A stretch of DNA of 64,000 nucleotides, taken from NCBI GenBank assembly GCA_027449905.1, contig DAIDKT010000075.1, forward strand, positions 28,263-92,262. The letters are read 5' to 3'. Under the pieces are notes generated by a model, which did not search any database, was not told the origin of the DNA, and saw only the letters and a list, made by a program, of their open reading frames with translations. The stretch comes from Legionellales bacterium (lineage in GTDB: Bacteria; Pseudomonadota; Gammaproteobacteria; Legionellales; Legionellaceae). Both the position numbers and the translations under genes were made by a program. Shown one piece after another: positions 38,524-46,075 of the stretch; positions within the stretch are counted from its first letter, which is position 1, and the number at the start of each line of letters is the position of its first letter.

Positions 38524-40515
38524 GTGAACCATGACAAAAAAAATCTAGTGCGGTGGTGCGGAAGTTTTTTAATTGGTAATGTTATTTTGTTTTGGTTATT
38601 GGGGATGAGCTATTTAGATGCAGCTCCTTGGATTGCCTCAAAATATCTCGGTGGTAACGTTAAAATAACCTTGACCGCCTTTCTCCTGATGAGCTACTTG
38701 GCGCAATTAGCAATACTCGCTATGCTGCCAGGTTTATTGATTTTTTTGATTATTTTTGTTTATCCGCGCCGGTTATTTGTCTTCATGATGGCCATTGGGA
38801 TCATGACCCTGGGTGCCAGTTTGTTACTGGCTGATGCAGTAACTTATAAATTATTTCATTTTCATCTGCAAGGAATTGTACTCAATTTTATATTTGATGC
38901 CCGAGGTCACCAGATATTGGGTTTGTCAAAATATGAATATATCAGTTGTTTTTTGTTAGTGACCGGTATTTTGTTATATGAAGTCGTTTTGGCATATTAT
39001 TCATCATCTGGCATTTGGCGGGCTGGAAAATGGATCGTGATATCGATTGGTTTACTGATGTATGTGTCATATCTAATAATATTTTTTAGTATGAAAGAAA
39101 ATAAGGGTCGCGTTTTTTTAGAGACAGCCAGGGCGATTCCACTTTATGCTGATTTTTTATTCTCAGTGTTGCCAATTACAACAACGAGTCGCTTTAGTTT
39201 AGATCGCGCATATGAAATATATTTAATTCAACCAGACCAGCCAAATAAAGTGTTGCGCTACCCCTTACATCCCCTTCAATTTACACCACCCAAGCAGCAA
39301 TTAAATGTTGTCATGATTGTCATAGATGCTTGGCGTTTTGATATGTTGAATAAAAATGTTGTGCCACATATTGCCGAATTTGCGAAGTCTTCTTCTGTTT
39401 TCAAACAACACTTTAGTGGGGGGAATGCCACAGGGCCTGGCATTTTTTCATTGCTTTATGGGCTCCCATCGAACTATTGGACATCAATGGCAGCCCAACA
39501 ACGAGGCCCAATTTTAATTGATGAATTATTAAGACGAAATTATGATATAAAGATTTTAGCGAGCGCTGGTTTATATATGCCAGCATTCGATCATACCGTT
39601 TTTTCTGCAATTCACCATTTACAAAAAACGTTTCCTGGGAAAAGTCCGTATGATCGAGATGTTATGATTACTCAAGCCTTTAAACAATATATCAATCAAA
39701 TAACGGCATTGACCGCCGTTTCGACCAAAAATGCCGGGCCAAGTAACAGCCTACGTGCTCTGAGTAGGTTGGGCCTTGGCCCAACAATGAGCTTGGTTAC
39801 AACGGCGGCCAATGCCGAAATATCTCAGCATCAAGAACCCTTTTTTAGCTTCTTATTTTACGACGCTGCTCACGGTTATTGCGCTGTTGAACAGGCACGA
39901 ACACCATGGCAACCGGTGGTGAAAAACTGCGATCGAATCTATTTGACCGACCACACGGATCCGCTTCCTTACCTGAATCGTTACAAGAATGCTTTGCGTT
40001 TGGTTGATCAACAAGTGGGTTTGGTTATCGATGAACTAAAAGCACATCAGATGCTGGATAGAACGGTCGTTATTATCACCGGAGATCATGGTGAGGAATT
40101 TAATGACAATCATTTAAATGATTGGGGACATGCAAGCAATTTTACTCACTTTCAAGTGCAGACACCCTTAATTGTTTATTGGCCAAACAGATCAGCAAAA
40201 AAGGTCGAGTATGTAACAACCCATTTTGACATGGTTCCCACCCTCATGGAAAATTTACTGGGGTGTCAATCGCCGGCTGAAAACTACAGTCAGGGTCAAA
40301 CATTGTGGGCCCCAAAAAACTATCCATATCGAATTGTTGAAAGTTATGTTGGCATTGGTGTGATTGAAAACAATCAAATTACGACGATTTATCCAACGGG
40401 TACTTTTCAATTGACTGGTTTAGATAATCAACCGTTGGATCAAGCCCAATTAAATATGCCTATCATTCATTCGTTATTTCGGGATTTTCATCGATTTTAT
40501 GCGGCGGAGCAATAA
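38524..40515 (+). CDS. YejM/PbgA-like inner-membrane protein with periplasmic sulfatase-like domain, carrying a 40-codon repeat-derived insertion
   Basis: N-terminal polytopic domain plus alkaline-phosphatase-superfamily domain (VVMIVIDAWRFD, GGNATGPGIFSLLYG, ITGDHGEEF). GTG start. Insertion at 39705-39816, see findings. Confidence 0.75.
   Translation: MNHDKKNLVRWCGSFLIGNVILFWLLGMSYLDAAPWIASKYLGGNVKITLTAFLLMSYLAQLAILAMLPGLLIFLIIFVYPRRLFVFMMAIGIMTLGASLLLADAVTYKLFHFHLQGIVLNFIFDARGHQILGLSKYEYISCFLLVTGILLYEVVLAYYSSSGIWRAGKWIVISIGLLMYVSYLIIFFSMKENKGRVFLETARAIPLYADFLFSVLPITTTSRFSLDRAYEIYLIQPDQPNKVLRYPLHPLQFTPPKQQLNVVMIVIDAWRFDMLNKNVVPHIAEFAKSSSVFKQHFSGGNATGPGIFSLLYGLPSNYWTSMAAQQRGPILIDELLRRNYDIKILASAGLYMPAFDHTVFSAIHHLQKTFPGKSPYDRDVMITQAFKQYINQITALTAVSTKNAGPSNSLRALSRLGLGPTMSLVTTAANAEISQHQEPFFSFLFYDAAHGYCAVEQARTPWQPVVKNCDRIYLTDHTDPLPYLNRYKNALRLVDQQVGLVIDELKAHQMLDRTVVIITGDHGEEFNDNHLNDWGHASNFTHFQVQTPLIVYWPNRSAKKVEYVTTHFDMVPTLMENLLGCQSPAENYSQGQTLWAPKNYPYRIVESYVGIGVIENNQITTIYPTGTFQLTGLDNQPLDQAQLNMPIIHSLFRDFHRFYAAEQ
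39705..39816. mobile_element. family-1 MITE-like 112-bp palindromic element, copy inside the yejM-like CDS and read through in frame
   Basis: Same length and termini (GGCATTGACCGCC...GGCGGCCAATGCC) as 56187-56298. The interior matches when reverse-complemented. Flanks are CAAATAAC / GAAATATC (6 of 8 identical). Confidence 0.8.
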
Positions 40516-41719
40516 CCTTTTTTAGAGCAGACAAATAACGCGCTTCCAACTCAACGTCGATATAACGATCGGTTGTTGCGCTTGAACTATGTCCAGCGTC
40601 ATCACGCACATGTTCTCGTGGTCGAATTTTAACGTCCTCAGAGATTCCGGTGTGTCGTAACCAATGAACAGTGGCAAATCCCAAATTATCCGCTTCTTCG
40701 ATCTGATTTTGCTGACGTAAATCAGTGGCTGCCAAGTCAAAGCACAATTGAATGAGGCGCCTAATAGGGGCTGTGTCACTCATGGGGCCAGTGCCACGAA
40801 GTCTTGGAATCAACGGTGAGTTATCTGAGGGAGACGGGAGTGGAGTCAAACCTAAATATTGGCGCCAACGAACCAAGCTGGCTAACATGGCTGAACTAAC
40901 CGCAATTTTTCGCTCCTTATTACCCTTCCCAACCGTGGTAAACCACCAATATCCATGACTGTCCTTCGCAAAATGGTTCATCGACGGGACCCAACGAGGA
41001 CTGGCTGTCACTTCAGAAATACGCAAATACATTCCATATAACAGATTCAAAAGAAAACGGGTGCGTTCATGTTTTTCCGGATAAGTGTTAGCCAATCGAT
41101 CAGCTGCTTGTAAAACCGCATCCCATTGCGTGAGACTGAGCCGGCGAATAGGGGCTGTGTGCTGTTGTTTTCTGATAAATTTACTTTTTTGCCGAATTAA
41201 AGCAACTGGATTAGAGGCAATGTATTCCTCAGCAACTAAAAAGTTAAAAAATGTACTTAAAATTGCAAAAATTTCTTGGATAGCACCCTGCGATAAGCAA
41301 AAGTCAGTGATCGATGGTTGATGTCCTTGTTGTCGAGAAACTTTGCTGATGGTCGATACAAACGGACGCCAAGCTGGATTGGGTTTGCGTAGGCCCCCTT
41401 CAACAACAAAGCGAGGACATTTCTTTAAACTAATCCAGGAATGGGGGGGATTTTGGCAAAATCGTATAAACGATTCAATTTGTTCTCTTGTTAATGCTGT
41501 AATCGATAATTCTTTGATGCGCCAACTCCATTGTAAAAGCCGTTCAACTTCTCGTCGGTAACTATTAAAAGTCCCAACACTCCCCACGTAATTTTTGAGA
41601 AAGTCTAGAGCATAATTAAAATCTAATTGAAAGCGATTATTTGGAAGGATGGCGTTAGCAGCATTTTTGTTGACATATTCTAGGCTATCGAAAAAAGGAA
41701 GTAATTCAGTATTCATCAT
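40463..41719 (-). CDS. tyrosine recombinase / phage-type integrase
   Basis: C-terminal catalytic motifs (HWLRHTG, GHSSSATTDRY). ATG at 41719 (MMNTELL) is preceded by AGGAGA; the track start at 41785 has no RBS. Its 3' end overlaps the yejM-like 3' end by 53 nt (convergent). Confidence 0.8.
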   Translation of the reverse strand: MMNTELLPFFDSLEYVNKNAANAILPNNRFQLDFNYALDFLKNYVGSVGTFNSYRREVERLLQWSWRIKELSITALTREQIESFIRFCQNPPHSWISLKKCPRFVVEGGLRKPNPAWRPFVSTISKVSRQQGHQPSITDFCLSQGAIQEIFAILSTFFNFLVAEEYIASNPVALIRQKSKFIRKQQHTAPIRRLSLTQWDAVLQAADRLANTYPEKHERTRFLLNLLYGMYLRISEVTASPRWVPSMNHFAKDSHGYWWFTTVGKGNKERKIAVSSAMLASLVRWRQYLGLTPLPSPSDNSPLIPRLRGTGPMSDTAPIRRLIQLCFDLAATDLRQQNQIEEADNLGFATVHWLRHTGISEDVKIRPREHVRDDAGHSSSATTDRYIDVELEARYLSALKKVIAPPHKIDENPEITNE

Positions 41720-41845
41720 ATTTCTCCTGTTTGTTGGGCATGGGTCTCGCGGTGTTCCATCAAAATTAATTACAAATGATAACATTATATATTGACCTAG
41801 AAATCGACTCCAGGTATTATTTGCGCTCGGCCGTTAAGACGGTTT

Positions 41846-41922
41846 CGGGGTGTAGCGCAGTCTGGTAGCGCGCCTGCTTTGGGAGCAGGATGTCGGGAGT
41901 TCGAATCTCTCCACCCCGACCA
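41846..41922 (+). tRNA. tRNA-Pro (anticodon TGG)
   Basis: Manual cloverleaf: 7-bp acceptor CGGGGTG/CACCCCG, anticodon loop TTTGGGA, T-loop TTCGAAT, encoded CCA. Confidence 0.9.
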
Positions 41923-41931
41923 ATTATACAT

Positions 41932-42008
41932 GCGCCCGTAGCTCATTTGGATAGAGCATCGGCCTTCTAAGCCGAGGGTAGCAGGTTCGAATCCTGCCGG
42001 GCGTACCA
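41932..42008 (+). tRNA. tRNA-Arg (anticodon TCT)
   Basis: Manual cloverleaf: anticodon stem TCGGC/GCCGA, loop CTTCTAA, T-loop TTCGAAT, encoded CCA. Confidence 0.9.
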
Positions 42009-42076
42009 GACGTCAAGCAGTGACTAGCACCAAGGTTTTTTACGGAATGAGTTGTTGTTATTGATCTTAATTTATG

Positions 42077-42152
42077 GTGGACGTAGCTCAGTTGGTAGAG
42101 CCCCGGGTTGTGATCCCGGTTGTCGTGGGTTCGAGCCCCATCGTTCACCCCA
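42077..42152 (+). tRNA. tRNA-His (anticodon GTG, with G-1)
   Basis: Manual cloverleaf: extra 5' G, anticodon stem CCGGG/CCCGG, loop TTGTGAT, T-loop TTCGAGC, encoded CCA. Confidence 0.9.
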
Positions 42153-42174
42153 GTTATTGTAAATCCCATGTTTA

Positions 42175-42259
42175 GCGAAAGTGGCGGAATTGGTAGACGC
42201 ACTGGATTTAGGTTCCAGCGGGGTAACCTGTGAGAGTTCGAGTCTCTCCTTTCGCACCA
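42175..42259 (+). tRNA. tRNA-Leu (anticodon TAG), long variable arm
   Basis: Manual cloverleaf: acceptor GCGAAAG/CTTTCGC, anticodon loop TTTAGGT, 85 nt, encoded CCA. Confidence 0.9.
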
Positions 42260-42287
42260 TACACATATATGTCAATGAGGTGACCAG

Positions 42288-43607
42288 ATGGCAGTTTCAG
42301 TTGAAACTTTGAGTGGTTTAGAACGTAAAATTACCGTGTCAGTTCCAACCACTCAGTTTGAGAATGAAGTTGGGACACGTATCCAGCGTCTTGCAAGCAA
42401 AGTGAAAATTGATGGTTTTCGTCCTGGAAAGGTACCGATGAGTGTTGTCCAAAAGCGGTATTCAGAAAACGTCCGTTATGAAGTTGCAAAAGATTTAATT
42501 CAATCAACTTTGTACGATGCATTGAAAGAGCGAAATATCGTACCTGCCGGTGTGCCAGAGGTTCAGCCGCACGAAATAGTCCCAGGACAGGACCTTGTAT
42601 ACAGTGCAGTATTTGAAGTGTTTCCAGAGTTTCAAATTGTCGAAATAGATGGTGATGAAATTAAAATTACCACATCAGAGGTTAAAGACACGGATGTGGA
42701 TAATATGATAGAAAACTTGCGTGAGCAGCATAAAACCTGGCATGAAGTGCAGCGTCCTGCGGCATCGCAAGACAAAGTCATCATTGATTTTGATGGATAT
42801 GTAGACAATGAGCCTTTTGAAGGTGGAAAAGCCGAAAAATACGAAGTGATTTTGGGCGCTGGTGCGATGATTCCTGGGTTTGAAGACGGTTTGATAGGCA
42901 CGACTGCGGCACAACAGATTGAAATACCTGTCACATTCCCCGCTGATTATGGTCATAAAGATTTAGCCGGTAAAGAAGCACTGTTTAAAATCACCGTTCA
43001 CCAGGTGATGGAAGGGACACTTCCAGAACTCAATGATGAATTTGCTGCGAAATTTAATATTGCGGAAGGTGGAATAAGCGCTTTAAAACTTGATATCAAA
43101 GAAAATATGATGAGAGAGCTTGATCGACGGATTAGCTCGATGAACCGAGAAACCATATTCGATTCATTGCTCCAAAAAAACACATTCGACCTTCCTAAAG
43201 CACTGGTTGATCAAGAGATTGAGCATTTAAAACATGACATGTATCATCGAATCTTTGGGAAAGAACATCATGAGCATGAAAAAATCCCTGATTTTCCTAG
43301 AGAGCTCTTTGAAAATCAGGCAAAGCGACGAGTTCAATTAGGCTTATTGTTTTCAGAATATGTTAAAAAACATGAAATGACTGTTGATACTGCCAGGGTA
43401 GGTGCTATGATTGAAAAGTTTGCGGTTGCTTATGAGCATCCAGACGAAGTTCGTACCTGGTATAAAACGAATAAGGAACGGTTAGCTGAGGTAGAAGCAC
43501 TGGTCATGGAAGAATTAGTCGCCGATCAGATTATTGCAAATGCCAAAGTGGTGCCAAACGTATTAAATTATCAAGATGTCATGAATTCTAAAAAGGAACA
43601 TGAGTAG
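42288..43607 (+). CDS. tig: trigger factor
   Basis: Full-length Tig pattern ([12 protein letters not shown]-type PPIase middle domain). tig-clpP-clpX-lon synteny. Confidence 0.9.
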   Translation: MAVSVETLSGLERKITVSVPTTQFENEVGTRIQRLASKVKIDGFRPGKVPMSVVQKRYSENVRYEVAKDLIQSTLYDALKERNIVPAGVPEVQPHEIVPGQDLVYSAVFEVFPEFQIVEIDGDEIKITTSEVKDTDVDNMIENLREQHKTWHEVQRPAASQDKVIIDFDGYVDNEPFEGGKAEKYEVILGAGAMIPGFEDGLIGTTAAQQIEIPVTFPADYGHKDLAGKEALFKITVHQVMEGTLPELNDEFAAKFNIAEGGISALKLDIKENMMRELDRRISSMNRETIFDSLLQKNTFDLPKALVDQEIEHLKHDMYHRIFGKEHHEHEKIPDFPRELFENQAKRRVQLGLLFSEYVKKHEMTVDTARVGAMIEKFAVAYEHPDEVRTWYKTNKERLAEVEALVMEELVADQIIANAKVVPNVLNYQDVMNSKKEHE

Positions 43608-43621
43608 AAAGGGGTTTAACC

Positions 43622-44254
43622 ATGTTGGGTAATGATGAAAATAGAGTAAAAAATGTAAGTGGTCTCGTGCCCATGGTTATTGAGCAAACCTCAAGAGGTG
43701 AGCGCTCATATGATATTTATTCTAGACTGCTGAAAGAACGGATTATTTTTCTGCTTGGCGAAGTCGAAGACCATATGGCAAACCTGGTTGTTGCCCAGCT
43801 TTTATTTCTTGAGTCTGAAAATCCAGAGAAAGATATATTTATTTACATCAACTCTCCTGGTGGCGTTGTAACAGCAGGTTTGGCAATATACGATACCATC
43901 CAGTTTATTAAACCAGATGTGAGCACGTTATGCATTGGCCAAGCAGCCAGTGCCGCTGCTTTATTGCTTTGTGCTGGTGCTGAAGGAAAACGATTTTGTT
44001 TGCCTAATGCACGCGTGATGATTCATCAGCCATTGGGTGGCTATCGTGGTCAAGCAACTGATATTGAAATTCATGCCCGTGAAACCTTAACCGTTCGAGA
44101 AAAACTGAATACAATTATGGCTAAACACACGAAAAAAACACCTGATCAAATTATGCGTGATACCGAACGTGATAATTTCATGAGCGCATCACAAGCATTA
44201 GAATACGGATTGATAGATAAAATATTATACGGACGAGATGCAATCGAGTCTTAA
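43622..44254 (+). CDS. clpP: ATP-dependent Clp protease proteolytic subunit
   Basis: [21 protein letters not shown]; catalytic Ser in [10 protein letters not shown]; IHQP. Confidence 0.92.
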   Translation: MLGNDENRVKNVSGLVPMVIEQTSRGERSYDIYSRLLKERIIFLLGEVEDHMANLVVAQLLFLESENPEKDIFIYINSPGGVVTAGLAIYDTIQFIKPDVSTLCIGQAASAAALLLCAGAEGKRFCLPNARVMIHQPLGGYRGQATDIEIHARETLTVREKLNTIMAKHTKKTPDQIMRDTERDNFMSASQALEYGLIDKILYGRDAIES

Positions 44255-44291
44255 TTTATTCTTTTGTATCCATTCACCTCTTTTCTCTGGT

Positions 44292-44397
44292 GTGAATAGT
44301 TACCTTGTATTGTAAGTGCTCGGAGGGTGATTCTGACCCTCCGAGAACGGCTAAATATAGCTGTTCCTATCTACGGCGTGAGTACTTACCTTGTAAT
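44292..44397. repeat. family-3 repeat in the clpP-clpX spacer: ~67-bp core with a 9-bp-stem hairpin (CTCGGAGGG-TGATTCTGA-CCCTCCGAG), flanked by ~20-bp direct repeats (GTGAATAGTTACCTTGTATT / GTGAGTACTTACCTTGTAAT)
   Basis: Collinear with 45952-46058 and, reverse-complemented, with 28321-28504. Confidence 0.75.
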
Positions 44398-44472
44398 TTT
44401 AAATTTTGGCCACATATAGACATTATTGACGAATCGCAATGATTCTCTCTCCAGTCGACAAGGGGTTTATTA

Positions 44473-45747
44473 ATGGGTAAAGCGGGAAATGGTGGTACTA
44501 CAAAGATTTTGTATTGTTCTTTTTGTGGAAAAAGTCAGAATGAAGTTAAAAAACTAATTGCAGGCCCGTCGGTATTTGTTTGTGATGAATGTATTGATTT
44601 ATGTAATGATATCATTCGTGAAGAAACTACAACGACCTCTCCAACTGCCGAAATTCATTTACCAAAACCCAAAGAAATTGCAGCATTCTTGGATGAGTAT
44701 GTCATCGGACAAGTTCATGCAAAGAAAGTCTTGTCAGTAGCGGTATACAATCATTACAAACGCATGCATCGAAAAACCGAAGATAATATCGAGCTTGGCA
44801 AAAGTAATATTTTACTTATAGGCCCCACTGGAAGTGGTAAGACGCTACTTGCACAAACTCTGGCACGCTTATTGAATGTGCCATTTGCGATTGCAGATGC
44901 AACCACATTGACTGAAGCGGGTTATGTGGGTGAAGATGTTGAAAATATCATTCAAAAATTATTGCAAAAATGTGATTATGATATCGCTAAAGCGCAACAA
45001 GGTATTGTCTATATAGATGAAATTGATAAAATTTCGCGTAAGTCTGACAATCCATCGATCACACGCGATGTATCTGGGGAAGGTGTGCAGCAGGCATTGC
45101 TGAAACTCATTGAAGGGACCGTTGCTTCTGTGCCCCCACAGGGAGGCAGAAAGCATCCACAACAAGAGTTCCTACAAGTAGATACATCAAATATTCTGTT
45201 TATCTGTGGCGGCGCGTTTGCTGGGTTAGATAAAATAGTGCAACAACGCAGTGACAAATCTGGGATTGGCTTTTCCGCTGATTTAAATAAAAAAGATCCC
45301 AAAGATTTAGAAAAGGTGTTGGAGCAACTAGAACCAGATGATTTAGTGAAATTTGGTTTAATTCCCGAGTTTGTTGGCAGGTTACCCGTTGTAGCAACCC
45401 TAAAAGAACTGGATGAAGCAGCCTTAATAGATATCCTGACCAGACCAAAAAATGCATTGGTTAAGCAGTTCCATGCCTTATTTAAGATGGAAGATGTCGA
45501 GCTCGAGTTCCATGAAGAAGCCTTGCAGCTGATAGCTAAAAAAGCGTTGACTAGAAAAATTGGCGCCAGGGGATTACGATCCATCATTGAAAATATTTTG
45601 CTTGATACGATGTATGAGTTGCCATCCAAAGAACATGTAAAACAAGTGATTGTCGATGAAAAAGTAGTTAAAAACATGAGTCAACCGATTCTAATTTATT
45701 CGAATCAGGAAGATGAGTCAGTAATTGCTGGTGGAGAAGCGGGTTAA
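44473..45747 (+). CDS. clpX: ATP-dependent Clp protease ATP-binding subunit ClpX
   Basis: N-terminal zinc-binding CSFCGK...CDEC, Walker A GPTGSGKT, Walker B YIDEIDK. Confidence 0.92.
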   Translation: MGKAGNGGTTKILYCSFCGKSQNEVKKLIAGPSVFVCDECIDLCNDIIREETTTTSPTAEIHLPKPKEIAAFLDEYVIGQVHAKKVLSVAVYNHYKRMHRKTEDNIELGKSNILLIGPTGSGKTLLAQTLARLLNVPFAIADATTLTEAGYVGEDVENIIQKLLQKCDYDIAKAQQGIVYIDEIDKISRKSDNPSITRDVSGEGVQQALLKLIEGTVASVPPQGGRKHPQQEFLQVDTSNILFICGGAFAGLDKIVQQRSDKSGIGFSADLNKKDPKDLEKVLEQLEPDDLVKFGLIPEFVGRLPVVATLKELDEAALIDILTRPKNALVKQFHALFKMEDVELEFHEEALQLIAKKALTRKIGARGLRSIIENILLDTMYELPSKEHVKQVIVDEKVVKNMSQPILIYSNQEDESVIAGGEAG

Positions 45748-45798
45748 TGACTGTAAATGGTCCTCATTTAGGTCTATTGACAGTGCAGATATCGACTT

Positions 45799-45825
45799 CC
45801 TGAAATTTGTTCACGTGATCCATTT
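45799..45825 (+). promoter_or_regulatory. possible sigma-32 (heat-shock) promoter for lon: CCTGAAA-N13-TCCATTT
   Basis: Resembles the CTTGAAA-N13-17-CCCCATNT consensus. Lies about 250 nt upstream of the lon ATG. By-eye match only. Confidence 0.3.
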
Positions 45826-45951
45826 CGATCAGTTTCTAAGTGGCACTTTTGTGTACTAAACACGATCTATGGATACCGTTAACAAGTCGGGGAGTTACGG
45901 TTTCGACAGATCAATTGCCAGTAAGCCCTGTCTATATGACGAATGAGGTGG

Positions 45952-46058
45952 GTGATTAACTCCTGTTTTAGCGTAACTCCTCGGAAGGAGATACTGACGC
46001 TCGGAGAACGGTCAAATATGCCCGTTTCTATCTACGGAGTGAGTAGCTACGTTTTAGC
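45952..46058. repeat. family-3 repeat in the clpX-lon spacer, flanked by ~20-bp direct repeats (GTGATTAACTCCTGTTTTAGC / GTGAGTAGCTACGTTTTAGC)
   Basis: Core GTAACTCCTCGGAAGGAGATACTGACGCTCGGAGAACGGTCAAATATGCCCGTTTCTATCTACGGAGTGAGTA is collinear with 44311-44385. Ends 17 nt before the lon ATG. Confidence 0.75.
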
Positions 46059-46075
46059 TTAAATTGGAGCGTATT

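Noticed and set aside
37997-41785. Possibility that the membrane protein, the yejM-like gene and the integrase together form a tRNA-associated genomic island.
   Set aside because: yejM-like genes are core envelope genes, no direct repeat of a tRNA end was found, and the integrase is on the 5' side of the tRNA cluster. This is kept only as a low-interest note under the integrase finding.
41924-42275. ORFs of 92 and 67 aa on the minus strand.
   Set aside because: They lie entirely over tRNA-Arg, tRNA-His and tRNA-Leu, and are open only because of tRNA sequence composition.
45009-45677. 222-aa ORF antisense to clpX. Similar antisense ORFs occur at 36205-36630 (uup), 35299-35694 (spoT), 19837-20241 (gpmI), 16850-17224 (ctpA), 11854-12177 and 10045-10320 (giant ORF).
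   Set aside because: Each lies fully inside a strongly supported conserved CDS on the other strand, has a Ser/Cys/Leu-rich low-complexity translation and has no RBS. They are shadow ORFs.
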